DNA from: Octopus vulgaris
Lineage: Eukaryota
Reading direction: 5' to 3'
Assembly: GCA_951406725.2 (NCBI GenBank)
Contig: OX597826.1
Location: 36,332,001 to 36,396,000, forward strand
Length of the DNA stretch: 64,000 nt
A program made the translations under genes and the position numbers. The notes beneath the pieces were generated by a model, which saw nothing but the letters and a program-made list of their open reading frames with translations, was not told the origin of the DNA and searched no databases. This document shows positions 25,091 to 37,790 of this stretch, one piece after another. Every line of letters begins with the position of its first letter. The first letter of the stretch is position 1.

Positions 25091-26040
25091 GTGTCTTTTT
25101 TTTTTTTTTATTATTTCTTGAAAAGCTTTTGGCATTTATTAATTGAAGTGTGGAAATTCATTCTCTATCTAAAAGTTAATGTGATTCTGAGAGAAGGAAA
25201 ACAAACTTAATTAATTCATAGAAAATGAAATTGTAGTGAATGACACATTTTTGCAGGAGTGACATATTTATTGCGAATACAATATGTGCTCTGAAGTTAA
25301 ATGCTATTGACATCTGCTTGAGAATGTAGAAATAAGCAATGAATTATTATAGCATTGCTATGTCCATTTTCAGAGCAGCTGTGCTGCCAGTAAGACAAAC
25401 GTAGCTTCATTAACTCCTGCTCCTCATAAGAAGAGATTCTTCAAATGACTAATATAAGCATGCACGGACATAGACTGTGCACGACTAAAAATTGCCAAAA
25501 TATAGTTTAATGTTTGATATTAAATAAGAAAAGGGATCGATTTAAGGCATCAGTTCATTTATCAGTCTTGTCATGCGCTTATGTGTATACACGTATAATA
25601 ATCCTATGTACTTTAGAATAATACTCAAACCATGTCTGAAGTGGTTGTCATATTGCTAAAGGTCAAAATATTTCCCTATATTTCATAGCTAATTGATTAA
25701 AATTTCAGAGTTGTCAGCCCTGCATTTTCTTTTAATAAGATTTGCATATTTATATAATGAGTATTCTCGTTAAAAATTTAATATTCATAGTCATTCTAAA
25801 ACTTGCAACAACATTTTGACCGTGTTTTCCTTAAGCCACACAAGACACATAAACTTACCTGAAAATGTCACCATATTACTAAAATTCACTGTATTTTAAA
25901 CTTAATTAATCCGAATGAATTACAATAATGGTGTTGCTTCCCTGCTATTTTTCATCTAAATTATTCATTTAAAAACATTTGTTCTCATCGTTAAGAGTTT
26001 AGTTTATTAAAATACATTAAGTACGCTTGAACTTATTTTA

Positions 26041-26138
<98 letters not shown>

Positions 26139-26696
26139 GTGTCTATCTGTATGTCTGTCGATTCATCTATTGTTTCTGTTTCTCTTTATATACGTGTGTG
26201 AGTGCACATACACACACATACACACACATTCACGCATACGTGGGTATGTGTGCGTACATGTAGATGTACATGTGTATTCTAGGTGCTGCCTATGTCTGCT
26301 CAAGAGTATATAGACTCTTGAAACAATTATCGAAAGTATGGTGCATGTGTTCAATATCGTAAAAGCGAGGCTATGCAAATATGTGTGCATATTGTTATAC
26401 ATTTAAGTATTCTGGCTACAACACAATTTATATATATGTTTTAAAAACTATTCGAGATTTTTATCCCTAAATATATACATGCTTACAACATCATTCTTGG
26501 AAAAACAAAATAAGTTTATAGTCTGACGGCTACTATTCATAGCAGATCACGTTGTCCATGAAAATTTTATGAGTAAACAAAACAAAGCCCCATGGATTTC
26601 TTTGTGGTCGTTTGTTGTTCGAGTTGAGCTGATCAATGATGTCACACTTTAAACATCTGAGTCACCATTGTCGAAGTGGGTGGCTTCGTTATCATT

Positions 26697-27065
26697 GGAA
26701 GCACTCCGTCGGTTACGACGATGAGGGTTCCGGTTGATCCGAATCAACGGAACAGCCTGCTCGTGAAATTAACGTGTAAGTGGCTGAGCACTCCACAGAC
26801 ACGTGCACCCTTAACGTAGTTCTCGGGGATATTCAGCGTGACACAGAGAGTGACAAGGCCGGCCCTTTGAAATACAGGTACAACAGAAACAGGAAGTAAG
26901 AGTGAGAGAAAGTTGTGGTGAAAGAGTACAGCAGGGATCACCACCATCCCCTGCCGGAGCCTCGTGGAGCTTTTAGGTGTTTTCGCTCAAAAAGATTGAG
27001 AATCGAAACCGCGATCCTATGACCGCGAGTTCGCTGCCCTAACCACTGGGCCATTGCGCCTCCAC
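26697..27065 (-). mobile_element. SINE family C (tRNA-Arg-like head), young copy with ~15-bp TSD
   Basis: ggcttcgttatcattg at 26682-26697 and 27066-27081. Nearly identical to 33756-34143. Confidence 0.93.
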
Positions 27066-27839
27066 GGCTTCGTTATCATTGTTGTAGTGTAAGTGTAGAA
27101 TGTCATTGTTGGCTGCGCGGAGAATAGCTGAAGCAAACTCTCAAACATTAAACTATGATATTTATTGCCGGACATATTATATTTACAGTTGGCCACTTAC
27201 AATGAGCAATGTTAATTGCCGATTAGGAAGAGACAAAACCTGCTCTGTGAATGTAGAAAGCAATCAGAGGACATCATGCTGCGTACCCGAGTGCTGGGAG
27301 TCGTCTGTGCAAATGTCCAAGGCAGTCTGTGGTATCAGTGGTCTGTTGGCCATCTGTGCTTGAATCCTGTGCGTGGCAAGAGGTGAGGTGTGGGAATCAG
27401 TCACCTGCCCTCAACACCCTGCGATGAGTTAAGCACCAAATTATTTTTATCAGATGACAGGCAGTAAATCCTAGAACATTCGAGAAAACGATATCACGTC
27501 ACAGCTTCACGCTGATTGATGGATTTATAGAGCAATTACATGAAAACTATGGTGTCTAGCTGAGTATCTAGTGGTTAGGGTTCGAAACCCCACTACAGTT
27601 TGTTTTTATAAACTAGAAGAAACAAATGTTTGGGTGACTGAAATTAAAAAACAAGTCAACTGTGTTCAGTTTACTACTTACAGTTATACGTATACGACAT
27701 CTGTCGTCTTGTCTGGAGATAAGAGGACAGTTGTAGACACGTGTTTCTGACTCAATGACTGTCATCAGCACAACAATTATCCGATTTTATCTCCAGTGGC
27801 CAAATGATTTAGACTAATATAAAAAAGAGTAGAATACAT

Positions 27840-28010
27840 TTATGGCCTACAAGCGTTTAAACCCATACAGCTATGATCTAAGTCAACCCGTCCACGGACA
27901 ATCCATCTTATTTTTAAGAATACTGTATCCTGTGTTACATTATTCCATGTGCACATTTTAGGACGGTAAAATGTGATTCTAGGGGAATTTGGTTGTTATT
28001 TCTTGAGAAT
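27840..28010 (-). repeat. Old interspersed repeat family H
   Basis: Weak similarity to 57660-57856 (inverted) and 63560-63650 (ctgctatttctag motif). Confidence 0.4.
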
Positions 28011-28199
28011 TGTGTTAATTATATTGAGACAATATCACTGCCTAGATTTGGTGGTTGGACGTTTCTTGTAGCAGTGATATACTCAAGAATTTTTGAGAGA
28101 TTAAAAGTTGAATTTCACAGAATAAATTTTTCAAAGAATGAGATGACGAAATATGGAGGACAAGAAGGATGTCATTGACAATGATTTTGTTATATTGTC

Positions 28200-28523
28200 G
28201 ACATCATCATCATCATCATCATCATCATAATCGTCATCACCATCGTTAGTATCTTTATCATTACTGTAGTGGTGGTCGTCAACATCATCATCGTCAGCAG
28301 CAATACCATTAACAGGTTTGTTTTCATCAGTACTACTACCACCTCCACCAATACCACCACCATCACCACCAACACCAACACCATCTTCATTGTCGTTGCT
28401 GTCGTCAGCACTATTAATAGGTTTATCCTCTTCATGAGCACCACCACTTCAACAACCATCGCCACAATCAACAACTCTGTCGCCTTCACTACTCTCATCA
28501 TTACCATCATGATGATGATGGTG

Positions 28524-28558
<35 letters not shown>

Positions 28559-28560
28559 GC
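28200..28560. repeat. (CAT/CAC)n low-complexity tract
   Basis: Triplet repeats. Confidence 0.9.
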
Positions 28561-28842
28561 CATGACTACCTTCCAAGATGCATTTAGTTGGACATTTCAA
28601 AATGCTGTCACTCACGTCTTTCTTTCTTACTTTTTCTTTTTTGTTTTTTCGACGTTATCTCTTCTGCATGGCCAAACATATTTAGATATGTTCTCAGCAT
28701 ATTCCCAAGCCAAATTCCTTCCTCAGATACCTTCCGGCACCAACGCACACCATCGTCTTTTCTACCTGACCCTCATCCTACAATGAAAACTCTGCATAAA
28801 TACATATCACCCGCGCGCTCTTTCAATATACATACACACATT

Positions 28843-28920
<78 letters not shown>

Positions 28921-28948
28921 AACATATATATATACATATATACATACA

Positions 28949-28981
<33 letters not shown>

Positions 28982-30032
28982 GTATGTGTGTGTGTGTGTG
29001 TGCATATATATATAATGTGTCAGAATGGGTCGAACGAACCCGTGAAAAAGATAATAATCGATGTAGATATTATTTTATCATTCTGTGTACTTCCTAATAC
29101 CAACCTGTTCAATAATCTGTCGATATTACTATAGATTCATATCGATTTATTGGTCTACATTTATTGTAAATGTGTGCGTCGCATACATATATGTCTTAAG
29201 GAGAAGAATGATTTAGCTACTAGATGTAGTAGATCGAGTAAATATATAGACACTTCTTGACAAGCTTAAAAAGGTATGATAAGTATTGAGCTATTAGAGC
29301 ATCGAGTGAAATGCTGTACAGTATCCGTTTCATCCAATTTTCTGTGCTCCGCTGATGACGACGATGACGACAACGACGATGATGATTATAACATCATTAT
29401 TCTTCTCCCCTCTCCGTTATTCCTCACAATCGCTCAGCTTATCTATGAAGTTCAACATTTCATCCCTTTCCGGGTCGATTTATAAGACACTAGTCTGAGA
29501 TTTCAAGTGATTATTTTCTCAACTTTTCTTTTCTTTCTATCCCCGTTCCTGAAAGAAATCGGCAGTTCCTATTGTTGGAGCGGAACTGACTTTGCCAGCT
29601 TTCATATGTTCAAGACACGCTGTATATCACAGTAACACCTCTATGTTTTCTTGGGTGTTGAGCACGCAAACCAAGATAAGGCTGACGTAAGCATTGTCTA
29701 TTTTCTCATCTAGCATAAATCTCTCTGAATTTTTAAAAGAATGTTTTTTTGAAGAATGGCCTTTATAGACAGAATAATTCCGTTTAAAAAAAGATCAATT
29801 TTGCCAATTTGAAGCTTCCTTTAAACTCTTGTATTAATTTTCACCATCGACAAAATGCTTAAAGGAGCCCAATTCATACTTCAATCCATATTTAAATTCA
29901 ATTTTTCTTATTATACAAGTCTGATACAACAGCAACAACAACAACAACAACAACTTCATTATTTCTAAACTACTACCACAAAGACATAACCAATAATTGG
30001 GTGAGAAACTAATATATAAACATGTATATATC

Positions 30033-30091
<59 letters not shown>

Positions 30092-30253
30092 GTATGTATA
30101 TATATGTATATATATGTATGTGTATGTATGTATATATATATATATATATATATATACATACATACACATACACACACATATATATAAAGATGAATATTTT
30201 TACATACATACATATGAATACATATATCTTCATATACATGTATACATACATAC

Positions 30254-30304
<51 letters not shown>

Positions 30305-30840
30305 TAGATAGATATATATATCCACACACATATAAACATATACATATGTACGTATGTATGAATTTATGTATGTATGTTTTACAGAGATAAATATCTGATT
30401 CAAAGTAAATTTATGAAATACGTAAAAATAAAATAAAATAAAATAGTTATCTGAATTTTCATAAAAATATATTGAAATTTGTTGCAAGGAAAGATCAAAA
30501 AACATTAGCTAAAGTAATCAGTATGCGATGTTTTATGTCAACTGTTACGTCAAGCCAGAGTGTTTTAGAAAACATCTATCGCTGTTTCATACAGGGTCGC
30601 CCGAACAACATTATACACAATTTTAAATAGGATTCTGACCGTGAGGTTAAAGCTTCTGGGTTTGATTTATAAAGTTAAAAAATACGATAAATCTTTAGTA
30701 TTGGAGAGGAAGACAGATAGAGTTTGTTCATGCCTTTCTCAAGATAGATGATTGTTGTAAACGAGGGTCTGATTAAATTCAGTGGGAATTGAATCTGGGT
30801 TGAAGATTCGTTTGACTAAAAAGATTGTTTGTCTCTTGAA

Positions 30841-31148
30841 GGTGAAGGCACATGGCTTACTGGGTAGAGCATTTGGCTCACGATCGTAACGTCATGAGTT
30901 CGATACACGGTGGAACATTCTGTCCTTGAGCAAGACACTTTATTTCACGCCGTTCCGTCCACTCATCTGGTTAAAACATGTAACTGTAATTCAAAGTTTT
31001 TGTGTCATGCTGACTCTCCCTTAGAACTACCTTAAGGGTACACACATCTGTGAAGTGCTCGGCCATTTGCACGTTAATTTTCCGAGTAGGCTTTTCTGTT
31101 GATCAGGTCAACTGGATCAATCATCGTCGTAACCGACGGAATGCCAGT
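30841..31148 (+). mobile_element. Older SINE family C-related copy
   Basis: tRNA-like head, ccttgagcaagacact block, 3' end catcgtcgtaaccgacggaatgcc. Confidence 0.8.
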
Positions 31149-31645
31149 TGTTTCTTACGCTACGAGACATTACAATAGAAAACAAGAACTATGAAATAAC
31201 AAGAACAACCACACTAAGAATGATAACAATGGTTTCTAATTTAGATACGAGGTCAACAGTTTTGTGGGGACGGCTTGGTTATTGTCATTAAACCCAAGAC
31301 TTGATTGAGACTTTATTAAAAAGCTGGAAGGTAAAGTTGAGCTCTGAAGCGTTTAAAATTCAAAACGGAATGAGTTGGAAGGTATGAGGCTAATATTTTG
31401 TATTTATGAACCCCAGAAAGGTGAGAAACAAAGTTGGCATTGGAAGCAGAAAATAAAGAACCGGAACAAATCTAGAAACACATTTTGTCCGATGCTCTAG
31501 TGATTCCTCCAACCCAAATAGCAATGGCCTCTATATCGACCAGAAAGACCTATCGTTTTTTACTAGGGCATCTCATACAAAAGGATTTTATAAAGAAATA
31601 TATATATATATATATATATATATGCCAATACAATTCTTGTTAACT

Positions 31646-31696
31646 AGCTTCCTGATGATTTCTCTTGAATGAAACAGTTCTAGTCCTGTAGAAGCT
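31646..31696 (+). ncRNA. Type I hammerhead ribozyme motif in a ~90-bp insert between (TA)n tracts
   Basis: Stem I agcttc/gaagct; core CTGATGA (31652-58); stem II tttc-tctt-gaat (closing pair mismatched); GAAA; stem III cag/ctg; GTA cleavage triplet (31688-90). Confidence 0.75.
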
Positions 31697-31707
31697 CCTT
31701 CTATATA

Positions 31708-31770
<63 letters not shown>

Positions 31771-33141
31771 GTGCTCTACATCTGCAATAGGGAGGGTGGA
31801 AATATAAAGAATGTATCAGAACAGGACAACGAGTAGATATTTTACAATAAGCATGCAAAAAACACATAAATACAAACAAAAGCACTCATCTACGAAATGA
31901 TAGAAAACTACCACGTCAGAAGGATGAAGGCACCCTCCTACTCGTATAACCTTTCGCAAATAGTCCTAGCCCTCTGTATGCTACTATTTGCATTCTTGCC
32001 CTCACTGAACTCCTACGCACAGGCACATTTCCATAACCATGCCTTTCATATTTAGATCCCTGAATGTAGATTTAAGAATTTTGCTCAAAGCACGGAATGT
32101 CCCACTTTCTGGAGGGCTCTTTTGATAATTTCAAGCTAAGTGTCACACTGGATCCCAGAAAATTAACTAATTTAAGAAGATATGAGACTCCATAGAAATG
32201 GAAACAGAACGCGTAAATAACAAACAAAAAAAAAACACACAAGTTTATGCAATTAAAGGAAACAAGCGAAAACAAATATAGATAAATAGATAAATATTGT
32301 GAATATAAAACTCCGAAACGGACCGAACGCATGCCAAATATATATGGTGAGAAATAAAGCATAACGGAATCGAGAATTCTCATAACTGATTTCAATTGGG
32401 GTGTGGTACGGTGGTGGTGGTGTGTGTGTGTGAGTGTGCGCGCGTGCACATGCGTGTTCGTGTTTGTGTGTGTGCGTACGTGTTTGTATGTGCGAGTGTG
32501 TGAGGTGTGAGAGGGAGACAAAGAAAGAAAGAAAACTAATAGATTGTTCTGTAAGGTTCCTCAGGAATTCATTCAGAATTTTTTTCTAATTTTCTTACAT
32601 TTTGCTGATGATTGTTCTGAATGCTCAGCATGATGAACAGACTTGAACTGTGGAGGCCACTCAAAAACTTGTGTTCAACTTAAAGAATACCCCCCCCCCA
32701 ACACAGACACACACACACACACACTTCCCACCCCAACGAAAACCTAACAAACCATTCAACAAACCTTGGTAACAGAATTACTGAGTTTCCTGTAAAATTC
32801 CACCCCATAAATTTGTCGACCATCATAAAAACCATTTACACACATTGTTAGAAAACCTTGAGTAATAAGTGAAAACGAGTGGATAGCATGAAGCCTTCTT
32901 CATTGACTGACTCAACAAGGAAGGCTAACGATGACCATCACCTGTACATACCTTTCTAATGAACAGTCTAATCACGCCATATGCAATGCGGAAACATTCT
33001 GATAATACCTCGACTTGTTATGATTATCGGCTCAGCATGTTTGCACAGAATACACACCATGAGACTACCCATTACAGGGTGGGGGGAAAAGTAAGTATAG
33101 GCATTAAAAATAGGTAATAAAATCTATATTCTTTTTACAAA

Positions 33142-33373
33142 AGGCGGTGAGCTGGCAGACACGCTAGCACGTCGGACGAAATGCTTTGCAGTATTTCGCC
33201 TGCCGTTACGTTCTGAGTTCAAATTCCGCCGAGGTCGACTTTGCCTTTCATCCTTTCGGGGTCGATAAATAAAGTACCAGTTTCGCACTGAGGTCGATGT
33301 AATCGGCTTAATCCTTTTGATTGTCCTTGTTTGTCCCCTCTATGTTTAGCCCCTTGTGGGCAGTAAAGAAATA
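33142..33373 (+). mobile_element. SINE family B (variant tail), 17-bp TSD
   Basis: tatattc(t/c)ttttacaaa at 33125-33141 and 33374-33390. Confidence 0.92.
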
Positions 33374-33755
33374 TATATTCCTTTTACAAATTTATTGAAA
33401 CAAATGATACATGTTCTTTATTACATGGGACAATGATAGTAAATCTTCATATTTCAACGTAAGCACAGGTGGCATCAATCAGCTTCCTCAAACGGCCAGG
33501 GATCGAATGAACAACCTTCTGAAGGATGTCGTCTGGGATATCTTTGGGAAACTCATGAATCCGTGTCTCCAAGTCTTCAAGTGTGCGAGGTTTTGACTTA
33601 TACACATCCTCTCTTTTGTAACCTGACAGGTAATAACCACATGGAGTGAGATCTGGACTTCTGCTGTCACAGTCTTCAAGTTTTAGCTCCTGCACGTAAT
33701 GGGGTTTCCACGGACGAAAATTCAATTCTTTACGCAACACCGTATATATTGTGTA

Positions 33756-34143
33756 GTGGAGGCGCAATGGCCCAGTGGTTAGGGCAGCGGACTCGCGGTC
33801 ATAGGATCGCGGTTTCGATTCCCAGACCAGGCGTTGTGAGTGTTTATTGAGCGAAAACACCTAAAAGCTCCACGAGGCTCCGGCAGGGGATGGTGGTGAT
33901 CCCTGCTGTACTCTTTCACCACAACTTTCTCTCACTCTTACTTCCTGTTTCTGTTGTACCTGTATTTCAAAGGACCGGCCTTGTCACTCTCTGTGTCACG
34001 CTGAATATCCCCGAGAACTACATTAAGGGTACACGTGTCTGTGGGGTGTTCAGCCACTTACACGTTAATTTCACGAGCAGGCTGTTCCGTTGATTCGGAT
34101 CAACCGGAACCCTCGTCGTCGTAACCGACGGAGTGCTTCCATC
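33756..34143 (+). mobile_element. SINE family C, full length, 11-bp TSD
   Basis: A box tggcccagtgg, B box ggtttcgattccc, anticodon-like TCG. TSD atatattgtgt at 33744-33754 and 34145-34155. Confidence 0.93.
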
Positions 34144-35009
34144 CATATATTGTGTGTCTTGTTTGTTCACTTTCACGAGCAGCTTGATGTGTTTGTAGCA
34201 AAATGGGTTAGACAAATGCATTAGAAACAACACTTATCTCTCTCCCTTATATTTATAGTTTTCGCGCGAACGTAGTGGAAACTATTTGATCATGTGAAAC
34301 AACAGTGATCTAACCGTGGTATTTGCTCGACTATCTGGCAATTCAGTTTCAAATCTACTACAGCACTATTGCTGTAATTCCCTCCATGTATTCTTTTAGG
34401 AACATCGAGGCCTCATGGAGAGTAAAAGCAACTTTTTTTTATATATTTTAATGCAAAAATACGAAGATGACATTGTAAGTCATTGGATTCATTAGAACTG
34501 TAACCTATCCCCTGCTTTGTGTTGCGATTCTGACGCAAATCAATGGATATCTTGACGGAATTTGAAAAGGAAGCTTGTGTTAATGCAGGGGCATTTGATG
34601 TAAAGATGAAGACTATAATAAATTTCAGTTCCTGACAGATTGGTTACGAGAATAAAGTTATAGGTAGAAAGCAAGAAATAAGACGGATGAATAACTGAAA
34701 CAACAGCAACAACAAAGAATTTGGCAGCACCAGCATCAGAAGTGATTCGGGGCGGGGTGGGTGGTTGTGGTGGAAATGTGAAGCAGAAAATACCAAAAAC
34801 AGAAATAGACAACAAAACAAAAAAAAAGAATCGTAGAAATAGAAAGCAACCGCATATTCATAAATCTAAACCAATGCAACACGTATGATGATGTCAGGCT
34901 TGAGGGAAGTTTCTGTGACCTTTCGACAGAACAGACTGACCGAAAGAAGAAGAGGAGGAAGACAATAACAGCCGTTTGAATTAGAGGGCATCGTGGAATA
35001 TCTATTGCT

Positions 35010-35352
35010 TGCAGTAGTAGTAGTAGTAGTGGTAGTGGTGGTGGTGATGGTGGAAGCTGTGGCGGTGACTGTAGTAGTAGTAGCAGCAGCAGTAGTAGTA
35101 GTAGTAGTGGTGGTGGTGGTGGTTGTCACAGCTGTGGTGATAGTTGTAGTAGTAGTAGTGATTGTAGTGATAGTAGTAGTAGTGGAGGTTGTAGTAGTAG
35201 TAGTAGCAGCAGCAGTAGTAGTGGTAGTAGCAGTAGCGACGATGGTAGTAGTGGTGGTGGTGATGGCTGTGGCGGTGGTGGTGGTAATAGAAGCAGTGAT
35301 GGTAGTGGTGATGGTAGCAGTTGTTATTATTGTATGGTGGTGTTGGTGTTGT
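35010..35352. repeat. (GTA/GTG/GCA)n compound microsatellite
   Basis: Source of the poly-T/poly-V ORFs. Confidence 0.93.
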
Positions 35353-35594
35353 GGTTCCATTGGTTACAGGTTCCATCGTTGCCACCGGGGGTGGGGGGTG
35401 CCATAAGTTTATGATTATTTCTGTGACTGATGATGATTAAAACCTGATTTGGAAGTGAGTGATGATAGAATATTTGACTGAGTGTTGCAGCTGCTATGAG
35501 CAGTAGTGTTCAGATGTGCAACTAAATGAATAGCAACTAAAAAGAACAAAATACATAATCAAAATAAGAGAGGGTCACAAATGGAACGGCTATT

Positions 35595-35833
35595 TATGTA
35601 TACGTGTATGTAATAATCCTTTCTTTTACAGGCAAAGGCCTGGAATTTGTGGGGAGGGGGATAGTCGATTACATCGACCCCCACCAGTGCTTGATTGGTG
35701 CTTATTTTATCGATCCTGAAAAGATGAAAAGCAAAGTCGACCTTGGTGGAATTTGAACTCAAAACGCAAAGATGGGCGGAGTGCCGCTAAGCATTTTGTC
35801 AGCGCACAAACGATTCTGCCAGCTCACTACCTT
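35595..35833 (-). mobile_element. SINE family B
   Basis: Reverse complement of the B consensus. Confidence 0.85.
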
Positions 35834-37052
35834 GGACTGAGAGTGTAATCAGCCTCTTCCCCTTCTCATCTTGCCCCTCCCAGTAGTTGCGTCATGGTTT
35901 GAAAGTTCTAGAATTTGGAGGAGTGAGGAACCACCTCTTAGCTTCTCTGACCCGGAGCAACAGCCCCTCCCAGCACCCCATCTAAGAGATGGTTACTCCA
36001 TATTAATCCTGCATACTGATAACGGCAGGGCTCGTAGCCCTTGTTGGCACCAAACCAATATAAATTTCAAGGACGACAGAGTGGGATTGTCTCTGCCCAA
36101 AACATGCACCGTACAAGGATATTATTTACCGCGGAGATTGTTCGAGAAACCAAGACACCAACAACACCTGCACACGTTCTTCGCAAGAGAAAAAGGTGAC
36201 AGAGACTGATATAGAATGCTTCCTGAAGACTTCAGGTTTGACCCCCGCATACAAAGTCCACAGATCTCAGCAGATATAGGTTTCGACAAATTATTGAACT
36301 CGGAACATTGTACAGTTGTGTCATGTTGAACCCTTATTTGTGGGAGCGATGAGAGGGTCACCATTATTGTGACTCTAATGATGATGAGGATCATAATCAC
36401 TTTGACTACGATGTTGAAAGATGATAACAATGGTGATGTGGTTCAGTTGATTCCGATAATAATGGAGATGATGAGGAGAAGAAGGAGAAGGAAAAGGAAT
36501 AATAGTAGGAAGAGGATGATGATATGGACGTTGACCACGATTACGATGGTTTGTCACATTGGCACCAAGTCAAAAGTGTATGGAAAATGTTGAAGGGTTA
36601 CTGTCGACTGATCTGACAGCATCAAAGTATTTGTTTGGTCCATCTCCCTCTCCGCCAAAGATTATAACTAAAGACGACGCGGTTGATAATTGAACCCGCA
36701 CATCAGTAATTACTGCAAAGTATTCTACCAATCATTCTACCATTTTCGCAATTCCAGTTATCATGGCTTTGACGATCGATACACATTTCCGTGTATTCCT
36801 CCTTTGTTGATACTGTATTGATGCTATTCCTTGATTTTAGTAAATCTACAAACTAAAGACTCCAAGAAAACCTTTAATTGCAACAGAATACAATATTTCC
36901 CTGTCATGTTAACATTTGCTAGCAACAATAGTGATTTTCTCCCAATTATTTCACCTCTTCTTGTACATTCACTACACACGCCCACACTCCCCTCTTCTCT
37001 TTCATTTCTTTTCTCCCTCTTGCACTCATACATGCATACATACATACATACA

Positions 37053-37088
<36 letters not shown>

Positions 37089-37334
37089 TATATATACATA
37101 TATACATATTTGTGTGTATGTATGAATGTATCACTAAGCATGCAATTCTTATATAATAAACATGTCTCCAAGAAATCTGAAGAACATACGAGCTGAAATA
37201 TTATGAAACTTTTTAACAGAATTATTATTATTATTATTATTATATACAAACTTATATATGTAAAGATATATGTATATACATTTGTATCTGTGTACACGTG
37301 TATATATATATATATATCCATACTTATATGTACA

Positions 37335-37790
37335 TTCTTAAACTGGGTGTCTGAACTTTCTAACCACTGTAAGGACATTATTAACTCTCTAGTGAGGTAT
37401 CTCTTTCACTTAGAGTCTGTAACCTCTTCGCAAATAAGCAATTTTTCGCTGAAACCGCACCTTATTATAATGAAGCATTAGCTAGAAGAGTTTTAAAGTG
37501 AAAAATATTTTATATTGATCTTACAATCCAAAACAGTGAAATTCACGTAATTAGAAGTGGATATAGGAAAAGAAACATCTCTTGGTATAATTCTCCTTTC
37601 ACCTTCACCGTAACAACTTTAACAGCAAAACTTTCTTTTAAATTACTTAGAAAACACTTTCACCCGCAGCATAAATACTTTACAACTTTTAATAAGAACG
37701 CAATCAAATGTTTTTACTCTACTATCCGAAATGTTGCACTCACTATAGCTTTTTCTAACTTGCGTAAACTCAATTCAGATCTCTACTGTA
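37335..37790 (+). mobile_element. Decayed Penelope-like ORF fragment
   Basis: SNHCKDII..FANKQFFAETAPYYNEALAR..RKRNISWYNSPF..FFKLLRKHFHPQHKYFTTFNKNAIKCFYS. This matches the Penelope SNHP / RKRNIIWFNPP / HKIFNKNT motifs. Confidence 0.75.

Larger units (their letters stand above)
33075..34200 (-). mobile_element. maT/DD37D-like Tc1-mariner relic, internally deleted, carrying two SINE insertions
   Basis: ta-cagggtg terminus. Removing SINE C and one TSD restores THQAARESEQTRHTIYTVLRKELNFRPWKPHYVQEL..RSPDLTPCGYYLSGY..VYKSKPRTLEDL. Confidence 0.85.

Noticed and set aside
26744-26947. Repeated 67-aa ORF (also 33890-34093) suggesting a small gene family
   Set aside because: Lies within two copies of SINE C. 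Its conservation reflects young repeat age.
33757-33830. tRNA-Arg gene
   Set aside because: No proper acceptor stem, and it continues into a SINE body with TSDs. It is a tRNA-derived SINE head.
33447-33860. 137-aa ORF as an intact gene
   Set aside because: Chimera of an antisense SINE head and an internally deleted transposase.
34866-35406. Mucin-like poly-Thr / poly-Val ORFs
   Set aside because: Compound triplet microsatellite.
37170-37225. Third hammerhead candidate (CTGAAGA...GAAAC) next to the Penelope relic
   Set aside because: Stems I and III and the cleavage triplet cannot be formed convincingly. At best a decayed copy.
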